This document shows, piece by piece, positions 49,580-63,049 of a stretch of DNA of 64,000 nucleotides (positions within the stretch are counted from its first letter, which is position 1; the number at the start of each line of letters is the position of its first letter). The notes under the pieces are model-generated. The model searched no databases. It saw only the letters and a list, made by a program, of their open reading frames with translations, and was not told where the DNA came from. A program made the position numbers and the translations under genes. The stretch is taken from positions 214,458,001 through 214,522,000 of the forward strand of contig OX597814.1 of assembly GCA_951406725.2 (NCBI GenBank), written 5' to 3'. This DNA comes from Octopus vulgaris (lineage: Eukaryota).

Positions 49580-50945
49580 TTAAGCATGATGACAAATGTA
49601 TGTGTGTTTATGTGTGTGTGACTGTTTGCTTCTCCCCATGTCTTCATGACACTATTTAAGCAATGCTGTGATTGTTTATGTCTACCGTAAAGGAATATAT
49701 CTTTTTGGTATCGTGGGAAGACGAATGGAATAAAAATATCCTACTTGAAAAAAAAAAAAGTAGTGGCTGGTAACATGATGGGCATCTGGTTGTAGAATTC
49801 CACCTCAAGAGATCTCATTCAACTCAAACCCAATGGAAAAAGCTCACACAAAAGTTATGAAAAAGACGATTATGATGCTGTATTCTGTTCTATTTTTCAA
49901 ATATAATTTAACATTTTATTTTACAGCATTTTTTTATTCTAAAGAAAGAAGCAAATATTTTGTCAAATAGATAAGTTATTACAATCTTTACCATTATTTT
50001 TACAAGTACTGAGATGTATATTATCATACAGATGCCTGAAGCCTTCTTACTTGAAACTCAAATAATATAAGATAATACTTATATTTAGCTATTTCTAAAT
50101 ATAAGAAGGCAAGAACACTGAATTTAGTAGGAGTGACCAGATACTTCACCAAAAATACAACATTCTGTGATATTTTTGTAAATAGATTAATGAACAGGGT
50201 ATACTGTATTGCTATGTTGCTATCATGATTATATTTTTAGAAAATATATAAAGATTTCATGCTAGGAAGTGCCTCCTAAAAAACAAATACTATTGTGTAA
50301 TTTAAGTAGATTATCAGGTTTTATTCATCTTCATTAAATCCATTTAGTACAATTGCTCCTTAGATTAGTATAATTTATAATTGAATGGAAAAATGCTGTT
50401 TTCCATTTTAATTAAAATAATTATATCCTGCTTTAAACAATTCTGTTATTTAATATCACTCTTTTAAATTGTTTCCATTTCCATCACCCTCTGCCATCAA
50501 TTTACTGAAAAGCAAATTATTTTTTTATAAGAAGACTTTTCTGTTTCTTCCTTCTTTTACAAATTCCCTTTCATTCGTCTATTTTTTTTTATGAACTTAT
50601 ATTTTTCTTCTTGAAAATATATTTCGAAAATGTAAATTTTATCATAAAAAATGTTCCTTTGAAAGCTTTCCTTGCAACATATAACTTGCCTTCCATAAAA
50701 AAAAACCCCCAAAAAACCAAAAAAAAAAAACCAAAACAAAACACCCCCCCCCCCAAATATGTCCATGTTTTCTTTGTCAAAAACAGAGTAATAATTTAAA
50801 CTTCCTTCTCCCATGTTGCAATACTAAGTCTATTATAATTTGATATTCTAAAACTAAGAAAATGTTTTATTATCATATTTTTGTTGAAATACTCTGCCTT
50901 TGTTTCAACGAAATTTTGAAAATGAGGAAGAATTCAGTAAAATAA

Positions 50946-51352
50946 CTCTCTTTTTTCTCTTTTACTTGTTTCTGTCATTTGACTGCGGCCATGCTGGAGC
51001 ACCGCCTTTAATCGAGCAAATCGACACCAGGACTTATTCTTTGTAAGCCCAGTACTTATTCTATCGGTCTCTTTTTGCCGAACCGCTAAGTGACGGGGAC
51101 GTAAACACACCAGCATCGGTTGTCAAGCAATGCTAGGGGGACAAACGCAGACACATAAACACACATATATATATATATATACATATATACGACAGGCTTC
51201 TCTCAGTTTCTGTCTACCAAATCCACTCACAAGGCATTGGTCGGTCCGAGGCTATAGCAGAAGACACTTGGTTAAGATGCCACGCAGTGGGACTGAACCT
51301 GGAACCATGTGGTTGGTGAGCAAGCTACTTACCACACAGCCACTCCAGCGCT
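50946..51352 (-). mobile_element. SINE family A
   Basis: Reverse-complement copy. Confidence 0.9.
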
Positions 51353-51618
51353 CAGTCATTATTATGCTGGTATTTGGAACATAGCATGAAAATTTGATGG
51401 AAGTTTTTAATTTAAATTACTTTAAGACAGGAATTTTGTTTGTATCACAGAACAAAATGCAATCTCAGGTGGGTTAGCATCAAATAGGTTAGTGACAGAG
51501 CTTACTTATTCCACCATGAATCATACATGCAGTATATGAGTCACCAGTTCTTGACTTCATATTGTAAATTAATTCAGTTCCATTGTATCATTATATTGTA
51601 ATATCATTTTGTACATGA

Positions 51619-52045
51619 AGGTGGCGAGCTGGCAGAAACGCTTAGCACACGGTATTTCATCTGTCTGCCATTACATTCTGAGTTCAAATTCCACAGAGGT
51701 CTTACTTTGCCTTTTCATCCATTTTCAGGGTTGATAAATTAAGTACCAGTTATGCACTGGGGTCGATGTAATCGACTTAATCCCTTTGTCTGTCCTTGTT
51801 TGTCCCCTCTACGTTTAGCCCCTTGTGGGCAATAAAGAAATAATAATCATTAGTAGACTGGGCAAAATGCTTTCTGGCATTTCATCTGTCTTTATGTTCT
51901 GAGTTCAAACATCACCGAGGTCAACTTTGCTTTTCATCCTTTCAGGGCCAATAAAATAAATACCAGTTAAATACTAAGGTCTATGCAATCAGCTTATCTC
52001 CACCACTGAAATTGCTGGCCTTGTGCCAAAATTTGAAACCAATAT
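51619..52045 (+). mobile_element. Two tandem SINE family B copies
   Basis: Two successive TTCTGAGTTCAAA...TTTCATCC units. Confidence 0.75.
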
Positions 52046-53124
52046 TATTTTGTACATGGATGCAGTTTAGTTAAGCTTGAAGACATACAATTAAGCTTGA
52101 AATTCTTGAATTTATTGCTGAAAATAACAATTACTTCATTCCTTTGTCATAAGCTGAAGAATTACTCATCTATAATTAACTACTAATCAGATCCAGATAA
52201 ATACCTTTTCTATGTCAACAAATTTATAGATATGTAATTTTGCAAAATCGCCCTCTTGCAATTATATCACCAGAAAGATGATGTCTGTACTCCAATTCCA
52301 GATACAAGGCTTTACTAAATCAACTATGTCTTCTTTTTACTATAACCTACATTACCCTCATAGACTTAGCACCCCAAAGAAGTTAGTATGATTACTTTGA
52401 AAACATATAATTAATTTCTCTAGCTGACCCTTTTTATACAGCTGCAGTTGTGCTGCCAACAACACCACCACCACCACCACCACCACCACCACTGCCACCG
52501 CCACCGCTGCTACCACCACCACCACCACCACCACCACCACCACCGCCGCCACCGCTGCTACCACCACCATCGTCATCTGTTAATGTCTAGCATAAGTTGG
52601 ATGATGGCTTGATAGAATTTGATGGGCCTGAGGACTGTGTCATTATCAAATGTCTGTTTCCACATAGTTTCCATAGTTTGATGCCCTTCTTAATACCACC
52701 CACTTTCCAGGGTGATTGACTGCTAATGAGGTTGTGATGCAGCTTGTAAGACTAAGGTCCTTATCAGCATTTCTTTTCCCAGCTGTCCTCGTCTATATGC
52801 ATCATATGACCCTCTTTCTTGCAACACATTTGTTCATACTCTGTTCAATCACATTCTGCAATGACATTCCCATACTTCGTTTTGAAATACTTCTTTATTA
52901 TAATTTCAGTCTTCTCCCAACGATATTCTAATTTTTCAACAACTACTGATAACTTTTAAATATAATTTCTTCTTATGATATATTTTTCAAGCCTGACTAA
53001 ATTTTTCTTGCTCAAAATTATTCATAAATTGATTAGAATTAACCTTTTGAAAGTAATTTAAATTTAAGTTATGCTGTATGTTATACATAACTACTTTTTA
53101 AAGCTCAGAGTTTCAGACAATAAT

Positions 53125-53392
53125 GGCTTGGCTGGCTTCCGTGCCGCTGGCACGTTAAAAGCTCCAACCGATCGTGGCCGATGCCGGACCCCCCCTGGCA
53201 CCCGTGCAGGTGGCACGTAAAAAGCACCCACTACACTCGCGGAGTGGTTGGCGTTAGGAAGGGCATCCAGCCGTAGAAACTCTGCCAGATCAGGCTGGAG
53301 CCTGGAGCAGCCCCTGGCTTCCCAGACCCCGGTCGAACCGTCCAACCTGTGCTAGCGCGGAAAACGGACGTTAAACGATGATGATGATGATG
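53125..53392 (+). mobile_element. Family F copy, CpG-rich (young)
   Basis: Same terminal sequence and (GAT)n tail. Confidence 0.7.
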
Positions 53393-55615
53393 AATGAGGG
53401 GATGTAAGGAAATATAACAATTGTACTTTTTTTTTTAGGAGGTATTAATAAGGCCTGAAAAATGGTTGCAACAATTTGGTTTGTCAAGAATTTACTGCAA
53501 TATTATTGTGCTTACTAAAAATTTTTTTATTGGATCATTATCTTAGGAAAATGGTTTCTTTTGATAAATGATTTGAAGTTAAAAATAACATCAGATAGAG
53601 GCTAAAAAGAATAGCATTAGATAGAGGCTAAAAAGAATATGATTTGAGAAAACAAAAGAAATCATTTTTTTCTATCGTATAATTGTTGATACCCGACTAC
53701 CTCTACTAACGAGTTACAATAATCTTTTATTGACAAAATTAGATAAAAACAAAGTCTGTAAACGTAAAATGCACTGTTTATAAATAACTATAACTATGTT
53801 TATCTCTGTTTTCTCAAGTTAAAGAAAACAAGTATTAAGAACAGTAAGAACTGAAGCAAACAGATGGTTAGGTAGGCTCTTGAAAGCTGTACATCAACAA
53901 ATATGTAGGGAGAAATTAATTTCTCTATAAAACATTTCATGAAGTAAACTTAAATATTGACATACACTTGGGATATCATGAAATGCAAAAAAAAAAAATT
54001 AAATAAAGACAAAATTTTCTAAACATACAAAAGTATTTACTTGATCTGATCTCAGTGGATTACGAAATAAAAGGAAGTCAGAATACTGGAAAAGTTACAA
54101 ATATACAAATAATGAGCCAAAAGGTTTTAAAAAAAAAACGTAATGTATGTTTCCAACATTACTTTTTGAATCATAAGCATAAAATTTAACTCTTTCTTCA
54201 TATTCACACACACACACAAAAAAAAAATAATAAGTATGTAAATAACATACTGAACAAAAATTTGGATTGACACTCTAAATATTTATGCAACTTGAAATAC
54301 AAATATATGCAAAAAGTAATTTATATATTAATACCAGTATCTTTTGTATGGTTCCTAATCATCCTAGCACATCAAAGTTAAAAGTTTGTTGGCATTAAAA
54401 AAAAAGTTTATCCCATAATAATCTAAATTCAAGACCAGTCCAAATTGCAAGGATTAAAAGAATCATCTAAATTAGAGACATAGAATGTCTACAAAAGATG
54501 CAATCTATATCTGCCTTTGATTAATTTTTAGAAATTTGTGTAATACTCTAACAAGAAGTCAACTAAAATGGAAATATTGATAGAGATATATCTAAATTAA
54601 TAGGGGAATGTAGAACTACTGGACAAGAAAGTGTGTGAAGTTAATGTGATTAATCTTTAAGTTTAATTAATAAAAAATATATGTTGACAAAAGAAGTTTA
54701 AAGAAGGAATTTGAAGACTGTCTAAACTTATGTAAAGTTTTGAGGACTGTTCAACGGTCTAGCAATAAGAATGAGTTTAAGAAGTGAGGGAAAAAGAAGT
54801 GTGAGCTGTGGGATAAAATGGTAAAGTTCAGAAAAGGAATAGATGTTATAGAATGTGTAGAAACAGAAGGAGCTTGATGCTCTGATAATTGAAAGATTTT
54901 TGTGATAGTAGGTTTGTGATATATTTTTGTAACCAGAGTTGAGTGTGTAGCTTTCCTAAGTTGGTGGTTGCATTACCTGGTACATATCTATCCCTTTATC
55001 AAGTAGTACTGCTTTGGTAATGTTGGCTCATATGAGTGTGTAAAAACTGTTCAAGAATTATAGCATCTGGCAATTGCTGCCAGATAATTTATGTATATTT
55101 TGGGTCAGAATAACAGTCTTGTGCAGGCTTAAGCACATACCTAATTCAGAGCAACCAGAGGTAAAAAAATTGCTTAATTCTTAAAGTGTCCTTCTGTATT
55201 GTACTATTAATACTTTAGCATCAGCAGAATGAAACAGTTCATAAAGAACACTTGAGTCTTTTTTTTTATTTTAGTGTATGAAGAAAAGAGCCTAAATATT
55301 GCTGCAAGTTTGAAGCACAATTATCTGATGGGTTTCACAAAGCAAGGATTTGCAAAGCTAAAAATAATATGCCAAAAAAAAATGGAAGGGCTTAGTTTAT
55401 AGCCTAGTTTAATAACAACAGCTACTACGAAGGCTTCTGACTTAAAATGTGCTGTGAGTTACATGTTAGCAAATATATTTCAGAAAATACATACAAAATT
55501 ATCAATCCTACATGAGTATATTGGATATATTTGTAAAACTATGTTAGAGAAATTTCTAGATTAATGCATTTAATAAATAACAATTTTCACAACTCATTTT
55601 ACTTCTTTTGTAGTC

Positions 55616-55785
55616 TGGGTATTAGCGCACGTCTATGATGAGTCTACGATTTAAAAAAAATTTACCATAATTTTTCCCCATTTTTAATGCAATTTTTTGC
55701 TATTATATAAGGGAAGTAACTCTCTAAAAATGCTTATATAGTTTTTTCCCTTACAAACCCGAGCAACGCCGGGCGATACTGCTAG
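55616..55785 (+). mobile_element. 5'-truncated copy of the Helitron-like element
   Basis: Same body and CCCGAGCAACGCCGGGCGATACTGCTAG|T end. Confidence 0.75.
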
Positions 55786-56523
55786 TTGAATATATTTGTA
55801 AAACTGTGTCAGAGAAATTTCTAGATTAATGCATTTAATAAATAACAATTATCACAACTCATTTTACTTCTTTTGTAGTCAATGGTTGACTCAATCTCTT
55901 TTCCATTTATTTATTTAGATTTATTTACTTTTATGTGTTAGGTTTGAAGGAAGGGACAGTGTCCTTGTCCTTTGCAGGCCATCCTAAATCATTAAAATTC
56001 AAGCCACGATGATGATGATGATCAATACCCCTTGAGGAAGAGAGTGTTTGCGTTAGTGATAAAGGCTATTGAGGAATTTGTGAGATACCCTATTTTCTCC
56101 TAGGTAACCATTTTCTTTTTTTAGGACTATTTGTTTTTACATTTTAATTTTGCTTTAACAGTTTTTCATTTTAATACAAATATGGCTTGTTTTATTCTCT
56201 CTAAAACTCCCACAATTTTTTCAACCTACTTTTGTAAAAGCCTCTATTTTATGGCCTTGTGGAAAATAAAAAAAAAACAACAGATTATCAATATTACAGC
56301 TAATTTTCCATCTTGCCCAAATTGAGTTTCATAGCTATGCTGTATTAGAAAGGTATTAATCTAGAGGTAAGCATGATCTTCCAAGGTTTGTATGACAGGT
56401 CAGTAGTCACAGGTATGAGCAGCAGTGGAGATGGTAGTAATTTTAGACTAATTCCACTTGAATCATTGTAAAGTCAACACTTGTCAGAAAGACATGAGCA
56501 GAGAGATAATTCCAGAGGGTTAA

Positions 56524-56743
56524 CCCTTTCGTTACCAACCCGGCTGAAACCGACTCTGGCTCTGTAGTACAAATGTCTTGTTTTCATAAGTTCTGAATTA
56601 AAATCTTCCACCAAACTGTAGTCACAATTTATGTTCCTAACACTAGCTGAATGATAACTAAGTTATTTTACTAAATTTTTTGTTCTATTAAAGTAATTGA
56701 AAGAAACACAGAGCATCTCAAAATAAACACAGTAATGAAAGGG
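56524..56743. mobile_element. piggyBac-type MITE
   Basis: TTAA|CCCTTTCGTTAC...GTAATGAAAGGG|TTGA; same family. Confidence 0.8.
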
Positions 56744-57081
56744 TTGAAGTTCTGGGGAGAAAGAACTGGCCATAGTGATAAGTGCAGGACACGGAGTGTT
56801 GAAAGCAACAAGGATAATGAGAGGAAGAGAGATTAGTGAACTGGGAAGGCATGAGTGGAGGTTGCATGAGCCCAGTTAGCTGAGAGGAGCAGAGGTATTT
56901 TAATAGCATGGATTTAAGAGTATGCCCTTACATAAATTTATTATTATTTTGCAGCGTGGAAGGTGTTTTCGTTTCAGCACACGATCTCAGATCAAATCAC
57001 TTGCTATGCAAGTACATCTCAGTAATGTTATTATTTTCATTTCTGGATATATGAATTTGAAATGCTTTTGTGCCTTAATAT

Positions 57082-57498
57082 ACTCTTTTACTCTTTTACT
57101 TGTTTCAGTCATTTGACTGCGGCCATGCTGGAGCACCACCTTTAGTCGAGCAAATCGACCCCGGGACTTATTCTTTGTAAACCCAGTACTTATTCTATCG
57201 GTCTCTTTTGCCGAACCGCTAAGAGACGGGGACGTAAACACACCAGCATCGGTTGTCAAGCAATGCTAGGGGGACAAACACAGACACACAAACACACACA
57301 TGCATATATATATATATATATGTATACACATATACGACAGGCTTCTTTCAGTTTCCGTCTACCAAATTCACTCACAAGGCATTAGTTGACCCGGGGCTAT
57401 AGCAGAAGACACTTGCCCAAGATGCCACGCAGTGGGACTGAACCCGGAACCATGTGGTTGGTTAGCAAGCTACTTACCACACAGCCACTCCTGCGCCT
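57082..57498 (-). mobile_element. SINE family A
   Basis: Reverse-complement full-length copy. Confidence 0.9.
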
Positions 57499-58051
57499 AT
57501 ATGATATGAAAGAAAATATATATGAAAGAAAATATATAAAGGAAATTTCTCATGTAAGAAACACATAATGAAATTGCTCAGTGGGCTGAGAAATTGGTCA
57601 GTATTAAAGGCATCAGCTAATTTGTAGAAGTGTAAAGACATGTGTTGTAAAAACTATGGCACCAGTAGTGTTTTAAGGGTTAGAATCAATTGTTAAATGT
57701 AACATATTCTAAATGAATATAAAAACATAATCAAAATTGTTTTTAATGATCTTATTAGAAATAACATTGCTTGTCCTTTCAACCGATGAAGAAAAGAAAA
57801 AAAGGCAATTACAACATCAGTTTGAAAAGTTTTGTTTTATATAAAACTATTTATCAGATTACTAACATATGCTGGTGTTGCTGTCTAAGCTATTCAGTCA
57901 CAAGAATTTATTGCTACAGTTATAAATAACTCTTAGCTATATTTAATATGAATAAAATGAGCATTTTAAGATTTATTCCGGAGCATATACCCTGTGTGTT
58001 CTACTAATATATTCCTATAGTTTCTAGCTATTTTATACTTTTATTTAAATA

Positions 58052-58947
58052 CTAGCAGTATCGCCCGGCGTTGCTCGGGTTTGTAAGGGAAATAACTATA
58101 TAAGCATTTTTAGAGAGTTATAGCAAAAAAATGCACTAAAAATGGAAAAAAAAATGATGGTAAATTTTTTTTTAAATCGTTGACTCATCGTAGACATTTT
58201 TAGAGAGTTACTTCCCTTATATAATAGCAAAAAAATGCATTAAAATGGAAAAAAATGATGGTAAATTTTTTTTAAAATCGTAGACTCATCGTAGACGCGT
58301 GCTAATACCCAGAAGGGCTCGATATGAATCACAACTATAAGATACCCGGTTTTGGTTAAACTGCACCGCAAAATGTGGGAGTAGTTAGGAATCTAAATCG
58401 TAGGAGACAGACACACAACCTTACTTTTATATATAAAGATTTGTGCAACAACTAAAACATTCGGTTGTGCAAATTGTTTGCACAGGAAACCTGCCCTGTG
58501 TGGCGGTAATTGCCGTTTTTGTGGATCTGTTTCAGCTTTTTTAGCGATTTCTGTTTTGGCAACTTCAAGCCATGAAGTCGTTGTTCTAAAAGAACGCTGG
58601 TCTCCTTGACAATGCATTACGACGTTGATTTCCTTACACTCCCTTCCCCACAGCTTCACGAGGGAGGGAAGAAGGGGGAGAAGCAACACAGGTGCAGGTG
58701 TGAGCGTGGACGCCAACTCCGCCACCATCGACACACGAAAAAATATGCATTAAAATGGAATAAAAAAATGATGTTAAATTATTTTTTAAATCATAGACTC
58801 ATTGTAGACGCGCGCTAATACCCAGACAGGCTCGATATGAATCACGACTATAAGATACCCGAATTTGGTTAAACTACTGTGGGAGTAATTAGGAATCTAA
58901 ATCGGAGGAGACAGACACTCACACAACTTCACCTTTATATATAAAGA
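58052..58947 (-). mobile_element. Composite Helitron-like element (one 3' end, two 5' ends)
   Basis: CTAG end at 58052; TC-TTTATATATAAA 5' termini at 58439 and 58947; GC-rich unique segment ~58440-58740. Confidence 0.75.
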
Positions 58948-59504
58948 TATGAGAGGTATTTGATAATGTTCAAGTTTAACACATTGTAAAGATCAGTAAA
59001 TGTTGCTTTTAAATAATCATCCATGTGAACCAATAGGCAATTCAATAAAAACTTATGAAACAGACATTTTGTTGAGAGGTAGTTAACATACTTTTCATAA
59101 ATGCACTTATTAATTAAATTAACAAGATTTTTACATCAAGTGGGGAGAAGAAATTCAATTTCAGACGGTTTTAAATCAATTTAACATGTGATATAGAATT
59201 TTAATTGCAAAACCACTCCATTCAAAATATTCAGAGATGTACTCATTCATACGTATACAATTATTATACAAATGCAGATTTGCATGCTTACATAAAGTGA
59301 ATATTTTTCAGTTTAAAAAATATATAGCTATCAAAAGTGAATTATGGAGGCATGGCTATGTAGTTAAAAAGTTTGATGCGGAGCCAAATGGTTTCAGGTT
59401 CAAAACAACCATACAATACCTTGGGCGAGTATTTTCTACTTATAGCTCCAGGCTGACTTAAGCCTTGTAAATAGATTTGGTACATGGAAATTGAAAGAGG
59501 CTCA

Positions 59505-59513
59505 TCATATATG

Positions 59514-59577
<64 letters not shown>

Positions 59578-59669
59578 TGTGTGTGTTTGCATGTATGTAT
59601 GTATGTGTGTGTGTGTGTGTTTGTATGTATGTATCTGTGTGTGTGTGTGTGTTTGCATGTATGTATGTA

Positions 59670-59728
<59 letters not shown>

Positions 59729-59873
59729 ATGTGTTTGCATGTATGTATGTATGTATGTATCTGTGTGTGTGTGTTTGCATGTATGTATGTATCTGTGTGT
59801 GTGTGTGTTTGCATGTATGTATGTATCTGTGTGTGTGTATGTGTGTGAGTATGTGTGTATGTGTGTGTGTGTG
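59505..59873. repeat. Compound (TG)n/(TATG)n microsatellite with a recurring TTTGCATG motif
   Basis: Directly visible. Confidence 0.95.
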
Positions 59874-60104
59874 AACGTTGCTTTGTTTTGACATTGTGTG
59901 CTAATGTCTCCATTATGCAAGCGTTGTTGTTTACTTGCAATCTTCCATGAAAACATGTCTGGTAATTGCATTGACCCCATTTGAAAAACTAAGAGGAACA
60001 GATGCAGCCTGTTAACAAAAAGAGCATCCAGCTGTAGAAAAACTTGTCCTGATCAATTTTGTTTGACCCATGTAGGCATAGAAAACAATGATGATGATGA
60101 TGAT

Positions 60105-60665
60105 CATCATCATTGTTTAACGTCCGTTCTCCATGCTAGCATGGGTTGGACGGTTCGACTGGGGTCTGGGAAGCCAGAAGGCTGCACCAGGCTCCGGTCT
60201 GATCTGGCAGTGTTTCTACAGCTGGATGCCTTTCCTAACACCAACCACTCCTTGAGTGTAGTGAGTGCTTTTTACGTACCACCTGCACAGGTGCCAGGCG
60301 AGGCTGGCAATGGCCACAATCGGATTGGTGCATTTTACGTGCCACCGGCACGGAAGCAAGTGGAGGCGGCACTGGCAATCGGCCATGATTTGGATGGTGC
60401 TTTTTATGTGCCACTGGCACGGAAGCCAGTCAAGGCGGCGCTGGCATCGGCCACGTTCAGATGGTGCTTTTTACGTGCCACCGGCTCAGGGATCACAACT
60501 GTAGTTTCCATTGATTTTGATGTCGGTGTACTTGACTCAATGGATCTCCTCAAGCACAGGATCGAAATGGTGTTTCTTCACTTGCCACCTGCACAGGAGT
60601 CAGTCCAGCGGTCCTGGCAACTGCCGGGTGCCAGTCATAGGATTGGTTCAATTTCGATTCCGATT
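60105..60665 (-). mobile_element. Family F copy with ~5 internal ~55-60-bp sub-repeats
   Basis: Repeated GGTGCTTTTACGTGCCACCGGCAC units upstream of the shared tail. Confidence 0.7.
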
Positions 60666-61440
60666 TCGAAGGGAATGTTTGCATTAGTGAGAAAGGCTAT
60701 TGAGGAATTTGTGAGGTACCCTATTTTCTCCTAGGTAACCATTCTCTTTTTTTTAAGACTATTTGTTTTTACATTTTAATTTTGCTTTCATACTTTTTCA
60801 TTTTAATACAAATATGGCTTGTTTTATTCTCTCTAAATCTTCTACAATTTTTTCAACCTACTTTTGTAATTGTCTCTATTTTATGGCCTTGTGGCAAATA
60901 AAAAAAAAACTGATTATCCATAAATATTACAGCTACTTTTTTTATCTTGCCCAAATTGAGCTTTATTGCTATACTCTATTAGAAAGGTATTAATTTAGAG
61001 GTAAGCATGATCTTTCTAGATTCGTATGACAGGTCAGTAGCCCTAGGTATGAGCAGCAGTGGAGATGGTAGTAATTTTAGACTAATATCCAGTTATGTTT
61101 TGACAGGCTCTGGAAGAATGAATTTCTTCAGATATCAAGGATTCTTAGGAACATCTGGATTAGTTAAAGCGGGTGACTGAAATGGCATCTTAGATATACA
61201 TAGAGATTGTGTGGAAGTGTGGAAGAGATTGTGTGGATGGCTGAAGGCTGGCTGCAGATTGGAAGAGGCTCAGGATTTTTGTGAGTTGGTAAGCTGTGGT
61301 TGTGTGCTGGCTAGCTACAAATTACTCTGTATAATTGTTCTCCTTTCTGAGGCACCTTTCTCATTATTTTGTTGTTCTGTACTATTTGTTTATTAATTTA
61401 TTGATGTCATTACTTTGTTCATCTCCTTCTTTTATTCTAT

Positions 61441-61836
61441 GTGGCTGTGTGGTAAGTAGCTTGTTTACCAACCACATGGTTCCGGGTTCAGTCCCACTGC
61501 GTGGCACCTCAGGCAAGTGTCTTCTACTATAGCCTTGGGCTGACCAAAGCCTTGTGAGTGGATTTGGTAGACAGAAACTGAAAGAAGCCCGTCGTATATA
61601 TGTATATATATATATATATATACGTGTGTGTGTTTGTGTGTCTGTGTTTTCCCCCTAGCATTGCTTGACAACCGATGCTGGTGTGTTTATGTCCCCGTTA
61701 CTTAGCGGTTCGGCAAAAGAGACTGATAGAATAAGTACTGGGCTTACAAAAGAATAAGTCCCGGGGTCGATTTGCTCGATTAAAAGGCGGTGCTCCAGCA
61801 TGGCCGCAGTCAAATGACTGAAACAAGTAAAAGAGT
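61441..61836 (+). mobile_element. SINE family A
   Basis: Sequence identity to the other copies. Confidence 0.9.
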
Positions 61837-61948
61837 ATATTTAAGCTCCTTCTGGTTCTTATTTGTTGTTTACTTTTGTATTGTCATCAACATCTTACAC
61901 TCGTGATCCCAATAAAAGAAATTATTATTATCATTATTACTATCACTG

Positions 61949-62195
61949 TGGAGGCGCGTGGCTTAGTGGTTTGGGTGTCAGCATCATGATCGTAAGATTG
62001 TGGTTTCGATTCCTGGACCGGGCGATGCGTTGTGTTTTGAGCAAAACACTTCATTTCACATTGCTCCAGTCCACTCAGCTGGCAAAAATGAGTAACGCTG
62101 CGATAGACTGGCGTCCAATCCAGCTGGGGAACACATACGCCATAGAAACCGGGAAACCGGGCCCATGAGCCTGGCTAGGCTTTAAAAGAGCGCAA
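61949..62195 (+). mobile_element. SINE family C
   Basis: Near-identical to 33464-33715. Confidence 0.8.
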
Positions 62196-62242
62196 AGAAA
62201 AAGAAAGGAAAGATTACTATCACCATCATTACTATTATTATT

Positions 62243-62930
62243 GAGGTAGTGAGCTACCAGAACCATTTGTGCAGTGAACGAAATGCTTAGCCAGATTTCT
62301 TTTGGCTCTATATGTTCTGAATTTAAATTCCTAAAGTCAACCATTCCATGGTTGACTTTAGGGTAAATAAAAGAAGGCAAGTTCTGAGGTTGATAGAATT
62401 GACTTCGTTACTTGACCTAAAATTTCAAACTTTGTGCTTTATAGTAAGAAAGAATTATTTGTGCTTATAGTAGAAAGAGTTATTATTATTATTAAGAAGA
62501 TGGCAAGCTGGCAGAATAATTAGTGCATTGGACAAAGTGTTTAGTGGTATTTCTTCTAGCTCTTTGTGTTCTGAGCCCAAATTCCACCATGGGTAAATTA
62601 CCACCTTTTAGGGTAAATTACATCAATGCCAGTCATGTACTGGCATTAATGTAATTGACTAGCCCCCTTCCCTAAAAAAAATTTTAAGCTTTGTGTCTAA
62701 AGTACTAACGATTATTTTATTATTAAGGAAGGTGGCAAGCTAGCAGAATCATTAGCATGCCAGACAAAATGCTTTCTGGCATTTCATTTGTCTTTACATT
62801 CTGAGTTCAAATGTCACCAAAGTTGACCTTGCCTTTCATCCTTTGGGGATTGATAAAATAAGAACCAGTTGAGTACTGGGGTTGATGTAATTGACTTGTT
62901 GGCCTCATGCTAAAATTTTAAACCGTTATT
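62243..62930 (+). mobile_element. Three tandem decayed SINE family B copies, each inserted after an (ATT)n tract
   Basis: Heads at ~62245, ~62500 and ~62730, followed by a long (ATT)n tract to ~63048. Confidence 0.7.
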
Positions 62931-62947
62931 ATTATTATTATTATTAC

Positions 62948-62992
<45 letters not shown>

Positions 62993-63010
62993 TATTATTA
63001 TTATTATTAC

Positions 63011-63049
<39 letters not shown>

